Of a stretch of 64,000 nucleotides of DNA, positions 17,579 through 27,048 are shown piece by piece; position 1 is the first letter of the stretch; each line of letters opens with the position of its first letter. The translations under genes were made by a program, and so were the position numbers. This DNA is from Bacteroidota bacterium. GTDB lineage: Bacteria; Bacteroidota; Bacteroidia; JABEUT01. The notes beneath the pieces are model-generated. The model had not been told where the DNA came from and ran no database searches. It worked only from the letters and a program-made list of their open reading frames with translations. The stretch covers positions 18,081 through 82,080 of the forward strand of contig JABCZW010000005.1 of the NCBI GenBank assembly GCA_013289475.1. The letters are read 5' to 3'.

Positions 17579-19462
17579 ATGAAAAAATATTTACTCCTCT
17601 TTGTTTGCAGCTTACCACTTTGGCTAAATGCACAGCTTACTGCTACACTCACTATTAACACCAACAAGGAGCGCCAGGCTATAAGCCCATATATATACAG
17701 TACCAACGGGCAAAGCAATGACAGGCCCGAAAATATTACCGGCCGCCGCTTAGGTGGTAACCGCATGACTTCATACAACTGGGAAGACAATTTCTCGAAC
17801 GGTGGTAATGATTATATAAATGATAACGACAACTACTTACCATGGAACGCCGGTTTACCATCTGGCCAATATTTAACACCCAATATTGTAAACTCTGCTT
17901 TTCATGATACTTCATTGGTTATGAATTGCAGTTCGCTTATTACATTGCCTATGGCCGGTTATGTGGCGCGCGATGGCAACGGAGTGGTGAGCAGTGCACA
18001 ACAGGCTCCATCTCCGCGCTGGAGACAGGTAGTAAACAAAAAAGGCTCTGCTTTTTCTTTTAAGCCCGATACTGCCGATGGTTTTATTTATGTTGATGAA
18101 TGCATGAACAACCTTATTACACAGTTTGGTAAATCATACACTGCTAAAGGCATTAAGAATTACGAAATGGATAATGAATGGTCGATATGGAACGGCTCGG
18201 ACCCATTGATGCACCCTAACCAGCCTACCATAGCAGAGGCCATAAGCAAATCAACCTCACTGGCTGCAACTATTAAACGCATGGACTCTGTTGCCTATGT
18301 TTTCGGCCCGGTAGATTATGGTTATAACTCCTACCTCACTTTCCAAAATGCAACCGACTGGAGCAGTTATTCATCATACAGCAATTTCGCTTATGCCTAT
18401 TTGCATTTTATGAAGCATGCTTCCGATTCTATCGGGCACCGTTTGTTAGATGTTTATGATATACATTATTATTCATCGGCACAAGGGTTAGATAATAGCA
18501 GCACGCTTGAAGTAGTTGATGGTGGCAATAACGATAAGGGCGTTGCCATAGCACGTATGGAAGCTCCACGCACCTTATGGGATTCAACGTATGTCGAAAA
18601 TAGTTGGATAGGCCAGTATTATAGCCCTGTTGCATACATACCCGCAGTTCAATATGGTATAAACAAATATTACCCCGGCACAAAAATTGCCTTTACTGAA
18701 TACAGCTTCGGAGGAGAAAATGATATTTCGGGTGGCATTGCTTTGGCAGATATGCTTGGTATTTCAGGCCGCTATGGTATTTACTGGTGTTCGGTATGGG
18801 GGCCTGTTAACCAATACTGGGGCTCAGGGTTTAAAATATTCAGGAACTATAACGGAAAGAAAGGAAGTTTTGGCGATTGGCACGTATATGGCAACACCAA
18901 CAACTGGCGTACGTCATCGGTGTATGCTTCATTGCAAAGTACCGATACGGCTATGATGAACATTGTTGTAATGAACAAGGATTATGATTCTACTTTAAAA
19001 GCAACCGTTAACATTACCGCTAATACCAAATTCAACAAAGCCGATATCTATGCCCTCACCAAAACTGATACGCTTATTCATCATATTGGCAGCATTACCA
19101 TTACAGGTAACAAGTTTACATATACTCTCCCTACCCAAACTGTTTACCACTTTATACTAACAGACACAACTTCGGTAACCGGGTTCAACATTATAAACAA
19201 TGACGATGGCATTGCTATTTATCCGAATCCAAGTAACAACGGTGTATTCACCGTTCAAATTACGAATTACGAATTAGGAATTACGAATACCATTGAAGTT
19301 TATAATATGCTGGGAGAAAAAGTTTATTCTACCCCATTTACAATTTACAACTCACCATTTACAATTAATTTAAACAATCAGCCAAACGGCGTTTACTTTA
19401 TCAGAATACTGAATAAAGACAACTCTTTGATAAGCCAAAAAAAGATCATTAAAGTTCAATAA
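17579..19462 (+). CDS. Glycoside hydrolase family 44 (endoglucanase/xyloglucanase-like) with T9SS type-A CTD
   Basis: ISPYIY, RLGGNRMTSYNWE..SNGGNDY, DNE, RLLDVYDIHYY, RTLWD.TY.ENSWI, YPGTKIAFTEY and FRNYNG; CTD YPNPS...KKIIKVQ. Confidence 0.9.
   Translation: MKKYLLLFVCSLPLWLNAQLTATLTINTNKERQAISPYIYSTNGQSNDRPENITGRRLGGNRMTSYNWEDNFSNGGNDYINDNDNYLPWNAGLPSGQYLTPNIVNSAFHDTSLVMNCSSLITLPMAGYVARDGNGVVSSAQQAPSPRWRQVVNKKGSAFSFKPDTADGFIYVDECMNNLITQFGKSYTAKGIKNYEMDNEWSIWNGSDPLMHPNQPTIAEAISKSTSLAATIKRMDSVAYVFGPVDYGYNSYLTFQNATDWSSYSSYSNFAYAYLHFMKHASDSIGHRLLDVYDIHYYSSAQGLDNSSTLEVVDGGNNDKGVAIARMEAPRTLWDSTYVENSWIGQYYSPVAYIPAVQYGINKYYPGTKIAFTEYSFGGENDISGGIALADMLGISGRYGIYWCSVWGPVNQYWGSGFKIFRNYNGKKGSFGDWHVYGNTNNWRTSSVYASLQSTDTAMMNIVVMNKDYDSTLKATVNITANTKFNKADIYALTKTDTLIHHIGSITITGNKFTYTLPTQTVYHFILTDTTSVTGFNIINNDDGIAIYPNPSNNGVFTVQITNYELGITNTIEVYNMLGEKVYSTPFTIYNSPFTINLNNQPNGVYFIRILNKDNSLISQKKIIKVQ
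19258..19285 (+). repeat. Heptamer tandem repeat inside CTD coding sequence
   Basis: AATTACG AATTACG AATTAGG AATTACG, encoding ITNYELGIT. Confidence 0.85.
19335..19369 (+). repeat. Heptamer tandem repeat inside CTD coding sequence
   Basis: CATTTAC AATTTAC AACTCAC CATTTAC AATTAAT, encoding FTIYNSPFTIN. Confidence 0.75.
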
Positions 19463-19483
19463 AATTATCAACCACTTTCTTTT

Positions 19484-20872
19484 ATGAAAAAAATATTTTT
19501 ACCGCTCATTTTATTGACAAGCCCTTTTATGGCATTATCGCAACAAGACATTAAGGAAATAAGTACTCCATTAATTACCAGTGAACAATACGATAGTGCC
19601 AATAAAGTGATTGACAGATTCATAAAAGCAAACCCTAAAAATCCTGACGGTTATGTAATGAAAGGCAATGTTATTTTTTACCGTTACTCCAAATCGCAGC
19701 CCGGGATAGCACTCAACAGTAATATAGATGAATCGATATATGAGGAATCAGGAGAAGTGGCAATAGAAGAAAGTAAGTTAATACTGCCTGCAGATACAGC
19801 TAACGCAGTAACGGCTTATTTAGAAAAAGCTTTATTACTTGATAAAACAAGGCAAGACATTTACGCAGGATGCTGTTATATTTATTCCATGTCGTTACAG
19901 GTTGATAAACTATCGGATATGCTGGACAGGGCAAAGAAAAATCTAAAAACTGACTCTACCACGGCTTATAGCTGGTCAGATTATGCCCGTAATATGCTCG
20001 ACAGAAATGCATTTGATGAAGGCATGAAAGTGTACCGTAAAATTGCCGACCTGTTTCCTGACCAGGGTGGCACATGGAGCGATATATCGGCGGAATATTA
20101 CAGGCATGGAGATTTAAAGGAAGCCAAAGAGTGTGCCGATAAGGCATCGCATAAACCATATGTTGATGCAGTGAGCTATAGGAATGTATCGTTTATATAT
20201 GGCGTATTGGAAGACTATACAGAGGCTATTGAAACCAACCATAAAGCGTGGCAAATGGCCGGCACCAAAGATTACCTGGTGTATGAAGGGTTGTTGGCAT
20301 TTATGCAGGGTAAAGACTGGAAGACACCCTTTAAAGAATATGCTGCATCAGTACAGGATAGTGGATTCGGAACACAAATTACCGGTTATATGCTCAGCAG
20401 CCAGTTCGATAATAGTATGACATCATACAACCACCTCACCCACCTTGAACTCAGCGATGCCTATAAAATATTAATACATAAATATTACAAGGAGCATACC
20501 CCTTACTTCGGGCCTGCATTTAACTATGCAGAATGCCTTACCTATAATTTCCGTTATAATGATGCCGTAAAAGCATTCGATGAAATTAAAACTGACACCA
20601 TTACTAAAAGCGAAAAAGAAGATCTTCTGTTTTATTCTGCCTGGGCATGTTATAAAGCCGATAAGCAGGAAGAAGCAAATAAAAAATGGGAGCAATTACT
20701 GAATTCTGATAACTTCTTCCATAAAAGCGCCGCAGCTTATTTCCTGGGCATGTATTACTACCGTAAGGATAAGAACTCAACGAAGGCCAACGATTACTTT
20801 AGACTTGTTGCCGACGACAGCGATAAATCAAAATACGCAGGCTGGAGCAAAGAGATGCTGGATAGAAAGTAA
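19484..20872 (+). CDS. Exported tetratricopeptide-repeat protein
   Basis: Signal peptide and TPR-like segments (NPKNPDGYVMKGNV, AAAYFLGMYY). Confidence 0.75.
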   Translation: MKKIFLPLILLTSPFMALSQQDIKEISTPLITSEQYDSANKVIDRFIKANPKNPDGYVMKGNVIFYRYSKSQPGIALNSNIDESIYEESGEVAIEESKLILPADTANAVTAYLEKALLLDKTRQDIYAGCCYIYSMSLQVDKLSDMLDRAKKNLKTDSTTAYSWSDYARNMLDRNAFDEGMKVYRKIADLFPDQGGTWSDISAEYYRHGDLKEAKECADKASHKPYVDAVSYRNVSFIYGVLEDYTEAIETNHKAWQMAGTKDYLVYEGLLAFMQGKDWKTPFKEYAASVQDSGFGTQITGYMLSSQFDNSMTSYNHLTHLELSDAYKILIHKYYKEHTPYFGPAFNYAECLTYNFRYNDAVKAFDEIKTDTITKSEKEDLLFYSAWACYKADKQEEANKKWEQLLNSDNFFHKSAAAYFLGMYYYRKDKNSTKANDYFRLVADDSDKSKYAGWSKEMLDRK

Positions 20873-20899
20873 TTCCGCCCACTAACAACTACAGATTAC

Positions 20900-21334
20900 T
20901 TAATGCTTATTCGTCTGCACTATGCCTAAAAACACCCAGGTGCCCCAGCCATCGGGATTGGCAGAAAAGTAGAGAAACATTTTATGGTTGCGCATCATTT
21001 GCCTGAAAGTCTTACCAGGAAAGCGGAATGGGTTGCCTGAACCAAAACCTTTTTTCTCTAATGTTGCCATTGCTTTACCATCTTCATCCCTGAACTGTAA
21101 ACGACTCTGGCATTTTTCACAGGGCTGTTCGGTGTAATAATCAACCGTAATCCAACTACTATCAGCTATAGTATCAATCAGGTATGTTTGCACACTATTT
21201 ATTTTAAAAGCTAAAATCTCTTTACCATTATAAGTTACCGACCATGAATCAGTAATACTGTCGTGTTTCACAACACCCGCCTTTGCTCCTGCAAATAGCA
21301 TTACAAGTAATATTAATAAATAAGCCTTTTTCAT
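20900..21334 (-). CDS. Hypothetical secreted protein
   Basis: Signal peptide; CxxC (CEKC); TATCTTCG -7-like motif upstream. Confidence 0.7.
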   Translation of the reverse strand: MKKAYLLILLVMLFAGAKAGVVKHDSITDSWSVTYNGKEILAFKINSVQTYLIDTIADSSWITVDYYTEQPCEKCQSRLQFRDEDGKAMATLEKKGFGSGNPFRFPGKTFRQMMRNHKMFLYFSANPDGWGTWVFLGIVQTNKH

Positions 21335-21393
21335 TTTTATAGGTGCTGCGAAGATACTGGTTTTAATGTACTTTTGTACTGATTAGTAGAGGG

Positions 21394-22119
21394 ATGAAAA
21401 GACTGTGCATTTTACTTTTGGTAATCTATTCGCTTTCAGGTTGTAAAGGACCCAAAGGCCTGCAACAAAGCCAACAGGATAAAGCGGTACAGGTAACCCT
21501 ATCCGGCGATACAGCCAAAATAAAGCAGATAGTTAAACTACCAGTATTCATACCCGCTACCGAATTACAAAACCAGCTTTACCAGCAATTCTTTGCACCT
21601 ACTTACGGCAAATACTATCCCTGCCAGGACCACGATTGCGGTGATGCTTATAAGGACCTGTATGTAGAAAGCCCTTTTATACATATAAAGGATAGCATGA
21701 TAACTATTAAAATGCATCTTGCGGGCCAGGCACACATGCTGTTCAGTTTTGGTGTTTCGGGCGATATAACACTTACAGCTAACCCTATGGTGCGGAACGA
21801 TACCTTATATTTTAAGAATGTGCAAATGCAACCATCATCGCAAAGCATTTTAATGGCTATTACTACATCCCTGTTCGGGCAAAAAATTGTAGATAAGATA
21901 CAGGAGAAAGCATGGTATTCCTTCCGTCCAAAGCTCGATGCTACTGCGGCAGATATGAGAAAAAAATTCCCGCTTAAATGGGGTAATATTTGTCTGCTGC
22001 TGAATCTTAGCCGTATTTACCTGAACGATGTAACCACACGCACTAAGCCGGTTGAGGGCATTATTGCCAACTTTGCAGCCGAAATGACCATAGAAAGCGG
22101 AGATTTTTGCGGTAACTAA
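21394..22119 (+). CDS. Lipoprotein, possibly DUF4403-like
   Basis: Lipobox LSGC; VKLPVFIP..EL and SGDITLTANP; TACTTTTG -7 motif at 21369. Confidence 0.6.
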   Translation: MKRLCILLLVIYSLSGCKGPKGLQQSQQDKAVQVTLSGDTAKIKQIVKLPVFIPATELQNQLYQQFFAPTYGKYYPCQDHDCGDAYKDLYVESPFIHIKDSMITIKMHLAGQAHMLFSFGVSGDITLTANPMVRNDTLYFKNVQMQPSSQSILMAITTSLFGQKIVDKIQEKAWYSFRPKLDATAADMRKKFPLKWGNICLLLNLSRIYLNDVTTRTKPVEGIIANFAAEMTIESGDFCGN

Positions 22120-22124
22120 ACGCC

Positions 22125-23384
22125 ATGATTGAAAATGCAAGCGTAATAGACAAGCTGAAGAACAAGTATGTTATTCTTGTTGCCGTTTTGGTTGTGCTTG
22201 CCTATTTAGTTTATGCGGCAATTCCCAAACACGATTTTTACATTTACCTGCTTGCGGCGCAAGATATGTTTGCAGGTAAAAATATGTACCAGGCAACTTA
22301 TGTTGATGGTTATCATTATTTCTATTCCACGCTCTTCACCTGCATTATATACCCCTTTTCTTTCCTGCCATTTTTTGCTGCGGCACTCATTTGGCTTTTG
22401 TTGAACATCGTTTGCCTTATACGCATTATAAAAATTGCAAGTAATTACTTTAACATACGCGTATTGCCTGCAAAGCAGCAATGGATATTTTTAGCCATGT
22501 GCACCCTTGCCTGCATAAAGTTTGTAATGTCGAATATAGAGGCCCAACAGATAACCATTATTATCCTCTGGATGGTGTTGGAAGGATTAGAAAAAATATG
22601 GAAAGGGAAAATTGTATTGGGCGCACTGCTTATTGCATTGGCAATAAACTTTAAGCTGTTACCTATCCTGCTTCTACCCTATTTAATTTATCGCAGAGAG
22701 TTTCTTGCAACACTTCTCATCGTTCTCTTTTATGGAATATCACTCGAGCTTCCAGTACTGATAATAGGAACAGAAAGAAATAAATTCCTGTTATCGGAAT
22801 GGTGGAATCTCATAAATCCTACTAACCAGCGCCATGTAGTCGATACCGATGAGGGTGGCTTTGCCAGCATTACTACATGGCTCTCTACCTTATTGGTTTA
22901 TCAGGCGCCTAAAGCGAACGAATTGCAAATGAAACGAAACATTGCTGACATAAGCATTACCCAATTAGGATACGTAATAAATATTACCCGGCTATTATTC
23001 CTTGCTTTCTCTCTCTACTTCCTGCGTACCATGCCTTTTGTAAAAAAGGCTGGCAAAACACATAGGTTTTGGGAGCTATCATACTTCCTGCTCATTACTC
23101 CCCTGCTCTTTCCGCATCAGCAATACTATTCGTTTTTATTCGCTGCACCTGCTTTGTGTTATATCTATTACCGGTTTATGACGCATTACACAACCATGTC
23201 GAAATTGAGATACAGGTTAATGATAATATTCATGACCCTGTCGTTCATTGTCTGCAACCTAAGTTTCCTTTTGGGAGAATTCAATGCCTATTACGGATAT
23301 TTTAAAACACTTACCTATGGCGTACTTATGATAGTACCATTGTTAGCGGTAAGTATACCGGAGGAAGTGAAAAGTGAGGCATAA
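22125..23384 (+). CDS. Glycosyltransferase family 87 (DUF2029) membrane protein
   Basis: DFYIYLLAA, YFYSTLF, Q-I-T and GALLIALAINFKLLP; many transmembrane segments. Confidence 0.8.
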   Translation: MIENASVIDKLKNKYVILVAVLVVLAYLVYAAIPKHDFYIYLLAAQDMFAGKNMYQATYVDGYHYFYSTLFTCIIYPFSFLPFFAAALIWLLLNIVCLIRIIKIASNYFNIRVLPAKQQWIFLAMCTLACIKFVMSNIEAQQITIIILWMVLEGLEKIWKGKIVLGALLIALAINFKLLPILLLPYLIYRREFLATLLIVLFYGISLELPVLIIGTERNKFLLSEWWNLINPTNQRHVVDTDEGGFASITTWLSTLLVYQAPKANELQMKRNIADISITQLGYVINITRLLFLAFSLYFLRTMPFVKKAGKTHRFWELSYFLLITPLLFPHQQYYSFLFAAPALCYIYYRFMTHYTTMSKLRYRLMIIFMTLSFIVCNLSFLLGEFNAYYGYFKTLTYGVLMIVPLLAVSIPEEVKSEA

Positions 23385-23446
23385 TTCATCTGTTTAAAAA
23401 ACATTTCCTTGTTTTTGTGCAAATCCCAAGGGTTCATTTGAAATTA

Positions 23447-23613
23447 CAAGAAGCGATTAAGGAAGCTGAGAAACTTCAGTTAAACAACAATCATTATTAT
23501 TTTACACTGGGATAGGCACTAATAAAGTCTATAAGAATTTAGAGTTGGCTTTATCATTTGCCAGAACAAAAACAGATAAGCAGACATTAAAGAAGAAGAT
23601 TGAGCGATTATAA
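23447..23613 (+). pseudogene. Remnant of the C-terminal TPR tail of a DUF6596/ECF42-type sigma factor
   Basis: Two out-of-frame pieces, QEAIKEAEKLQLNNNHYYFTLG* (23447-23515) and NKVYKNLELALSFARTKTDKQTLKKKIERL* (23521-23613). They resemble the C-terminus of this Bacteroidota family as I recall it. Confidence 0.5.
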
Positions 23614-23631
23614 TGCCTATCTTTATTGGGC

Positions 23632-24141
23632 ATGAAAACAAAAATGACAATTCTTGTTCTCTCTATTGGTATAATAATCTCATCTTGTCATAAATATACA
23701 ATAGCAGGTTTTTGGTTAGATTATAATAATAAGAACATAACAGATAAAATAAGTGATCAAGGGCCCAGGGGCGGCTACAGAGCAATTCACTGGAAGTTTT
23801 CAAACCCAAATGAGCTAAATACGAATTCAACTTTACAGTTCGCTTCATTAAATGGATGGAAGCTTGTAGACAGTATAAAATACTCAACCGATAGTATTAT
23901 CAAATTAAGTATCAACGATGGCTATGTTTTTTCTTCACCAAAAAACCTCTCTGATAGTATTATAAAGACATTCTTCAAAGAGCCTATTTGGATAAAATCA
24001 GACCTAACTTTATATCGCTTCAAAACAGCGTGGGAACTTATGCAACCAGGTGATGACACCAAAAGCACCGAGATAAATGGCTTTATAATAGTTAGCCATG
24101 ATAATACAGAAATGTGCATCTATCATTATTGGGGAGAATAA
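23632..24141 (+). CDS. Hypothetical lipoprotein
   Basis: Lipobox ISSC; AT-rich; ATG 23632 preferred as start. Confidence 0.7.
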   Translation: MKTKMTILVLSIGIIISSCHKYTIAGFWLDYNNKNITDKISDQGPRGGYRAIHWKFSNPNELNTNSTLQFASLNGWKLVDSIKYSTDSIIKLSINDGYVFSSPKNLSDSIIKTFFKEPIWIKSDLTLYRFKTAWELMQPGDDTKSTEINGFIIVSHDNTEMCIYHYWGE

Positions 24142-24155
24142 TACCCTTTGGCATG

Positions 24156-25208
24156 CTATCTCAAGCCTGCATTAACGTCCTTCAGTTTTTCAGAACCGGG
24201 ACATAATACAGATTCAGGAAGTGTGTTCAGTGGAATATTGGTGCTGCCCATCAGGTCATGCAAATTTTTTGACTCTTCGTTGATATAGAGTAAGCCTGTA
24301 AGTATCTCACCTTTTGCTTTGGCATGTTGCACTGCGTTAATAGCCGAGAGCCTGTCCTGCGGATCCCATTCCGGTGCAAGTTTATGTAATTGTATTACCG
24401 AGCCATCATGCATTTTAACACCTTTCACTGTACCTTCCTCGTAGCTTGTGGTAATGGTTTTCATTTCAGGTACAAAGTCTACCGTTGAGGTGGCTTCCAC
24501 GTGCTCGCGAACGTAGTCGTATGATTTGGTTGAGCCCACATTATTATTAAAAGTAACGCAAGGCGAAATAACATTAATGAATGCAAAGCCATTATGCTTC
24601 ATAGCAGCTTTAATAAGCGGAACTAATTGTGTTTTATCGCCCGAGAAACTCTGAGCCACAAATGTTGCGCCCAGTTCAATCGCTAAACTCGAAAGATCAA
24701 TAGCGCCAAAATGATTTACCGAACCGGCCTTGTTCTTAGACCCCTCATCAGCAGTTGCAGAATCTTGTCCTTTTGTTAAACCGTAGCAACCGTTATTCAT
24801 AACTATATAAACCATTTTCAGGTTACGGCGGATAACGTGCACAAACTGTCCCATTCCTATGGAAGCGCTGTCGCCATCACCCGAAACACCGAAGTACATC
24901 AAATCTCTGTTTGCCAAATTAGCGCCCGTAGCAACCGATGGCATACGTCCGTGTACGGAATTAAAGCCATGCGAGTTAACCAAAAAGTAAGCCGGTGTTT
25001 TTGATGAACAACCAATACCCGAAAGCTTGGCAACCTTATGCGGTTCAATGTTCAGCTCATAACAAGCTTGTACAATACCGGCGCTTATAGAATCATGGCC
25101 ACAGCCTGCACACAAGGTAGACAAGCTACCCTCGTAATGATCGATAGTATAACCTAATTCATTTTTAGGCAGACCTGGGTGGCGGAATTTTGGGCGTATG
25201 TATGACAT
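24156..25208 (-). CDS. korB: 2-oxoacid:ferredoxin oxidoreductase beta subunit
   Basis: STLCAGCGH, SGIGCSSK, HGRMPS, TPP-binding GDGD...NNGCYGLTKGQ and SPCVTFN. Confidence 0.95.
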   Translation of the reverse strand: MSYIRPKFRHPGLPKNELGYTIDHYEGSLSTLCAGCGHDSISAGIVQACYELNIEPHKVAKLSGIGCSSKTPAYFLVNSHGFNSVHGRMPSVATGANLANRDLMYFGVSGDGDSASIGMGQFVHVIRRNLKMVYIVMNNGCYGLTKGQDSATADEGSKNKAGSVNHFGAIDLSSLAIELGATFVAQSFSGDKTQLVPLIKAAMKHNGFAFINVISPCVTFNNNVGSTKSYDYVREHVEATSTVDFVPEMKTITTSYEEGTVKGVKMHDGSVIQLHKLAPEWDPQDRLSAINAVQHAKAKGEILTGLLYINEESKNLHDLMGSTNIPLNTLPESVLCPGSEKLKDVNAGLR

Positions 25209-25209
25209 A

Positions 25210-27048
25210 TTAACTTACCTTTTTAAGTTGGGGTGCAGGTGATAAAACTCCTAACACTTGTTTAATAATATTATCTGCTGTTATAGGCATTCCGTTGTAA
25301 TTAAGAACAGGGATAAGTTTGTTGGCATCTGTCCCTAATTCAATCATCATTAGGCTGCGTAATTGTGCATCACGGTTTTGCTCTACTACAAATATCCTGT
25401 CGTGCGAATTGATAAATGCTTCAACCGTTTTGTTGAAAGGGAAAGATTTCAGGCGAAGTGCATCAACCGATACTTTCTTTTCTTTCAATATATCCATTGC
25501 TTCTTCAGCAGCATACGTTGATGTGCCAAAGAAAATAATACCCGACGATGATTCATTCTTCTTCTGGTATATCTGCGGTGCAGGAACCATATCTTTTGCG
25601 GTATGCCATTTCTTAATCAGCCTGTCCATATTGCGGGCGTACGCATCTCCGTCTTCGGTATATACTGCATATTCATCGCGCGATGTGCCACGTGTAACAA
25701 ATGCACCCTTAGTTGGATGTGTACCCGGCAATGTACGGTAAGGTATACCATCACCATCCTTATCCAAGTAACGGCCAAATCTTTCAATCTTGTCAAGTTC
25801 TTCAGCGTTCAATACTTTACCTCTTTTATACACACGCTTGTCATCCCATTCAAAAGGAGGAGAAACGTGATCGTTCATGCCAAGGTCAAGGTCGGTCATA
25901 AGCATTATCGGTGTCTGAAGCTCTTCTGCAAGGTCAAAAGCATCGGCAGTCATATCAAAACATTCCTTAGGAGTGCTTGGGAACAATAACACATGCTTGG
26001 TATCGCCATGCGAAGCATAAGCTGCTTCCATAATATCAGATTGCTGTGTGCGTGTCGGCATACCTGTCGAAGGGCCTGTACGCTGTACATCAATCAACAC
26101 AGCAGGTATCTCTGCAAAATAAGCCAGGCCTAAAAATTCATTCATTAAGGAAACACCAGGGCCGCTGGTAGCAGTAAATGAACGTGCACCGTTCCAGCCT
26201 GCGCCAATAACCATACCCATAGCAGCAAGCTCATCTTCGGCCTGTACAATAGCATAGTTCTTTTTGCCTGTTTCTTTATCTATTCTAAATTCAGATGCAT
26301 AATTATCAAAAGCTTCGGCAACTGATGTAGATGGTGTAATTGGGTACCATGCCACAACTGTTGCACCTGCATATACTGCACCTAAACCACAAGCTGAATT
26401 GCCATCAACCAAAATTGCATCCTTAAGTAAGTCTCGTCTTTCTAAACGAATATCGAGCGGGCATTTAAAATTGGCTTTTACATAATCAACACCCATGTTC
26501 AGGGCTTTCATATTTGGTGCCACCAGTTTTTCTTTGCCTGCAAACTGTTCTTTAAAAAGCTGTTCGAATACGCCCAGTTCAATATCTAACAATGCAGCAA
26601 GCGCACCTACATAAACAATGTTCTTAAATAACTGGCGCTGGCGCGGATCAGTAAATTCCTTGTTGCACATTTCCATTAATGGAATGCCAATGTAATTTAT
26701 ATCGCTACGGATATATTCGGCATGGAGCATTTTACTGCTGTCGTATAAAAAGTAACCGCCCGGCATTACACTTGCAACATCGCCCTTCATACTTTGCGGA
26801 TTAACTGCCACCACTAAATCAATTCCTTCCCTGCGACCCAGATATCCTTTTTCGCTCACACGCACTTCGTACCATGTAGGCAAGCCCTGTATGTTCGATG
26901 GGAAAATGTTCTTGGGGGTAACGGGTATCCCCATGCGGAAAATGGATTTGGTGAACAAAAAATTGGCGCTGGCAGAGCCTGTGCCGTTTACGTTCGCAAA
27001 ACGTACTACAAAGTCGTTTACTTTACTATTACCAGTTCTTCCTGCCAT
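25210..27048 (-). CDS. korA: 2-oxoacid:acceptor oxidoreductase alpha subunit (gamma-alpha fusion)
   Basis: NVNGTGSAS, YPITPSTS, QAEDELAA, TATSGPG, QRTGPSTGMPT and VVEQN. Confidence 0.95.
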   Translation of the reverse strand: MAGRTGNSKVNDFVVRFANVNGTGSASANFLFTKSIFRMGIPVTPKNIFPSNIQGLPTWYEVRVSEKGYLGRREGIDLVVAVNPQSMKGDVASVMPGGYFLYDSSKMLHAEYIRSDINYIGIPLMEMCNKEFTDPRQRQLFKNIVYVGALAALLDIELGVFEQLFKEQFAGKEKLVAPNMKALNMGVDYVKANFKCPLDIRLERRDLLKDAILVDGNSACGLGAVYAGATVVAWYPITPSTSVAEAFDNYASEFRIDKETGKKNYAIVQAEDELAAMGMVIGAGWNGARSFTATSGPGVSLMNEFLGLAYFAEIPAVLIDVQRTGPSTGMPTRTQQSDIMEAAYASHGDTKHVLLFPSTPKECFDMTADAFDLAEELQTPIMLMTDLDLGMNDHVSPPFEWDDKRVYKRGKVLNAEELDKIERFGRYLDKDGDGIPYRTLPGTHPTKGAFVTRGTSRDEYAVYTEDGDAYARNMDRLIKKWHTAKDMVPAPQIYQKKNESSSGIIFFGTSTYAAEEAMDILKEKKVSVDALRLKSFPFNKTVEAFINSHDRIFVVEQNRDAQLRSLMMIELGTDANKLIPVLNYNGMPITADNIIKQVLGVLSPAPQLKKVS

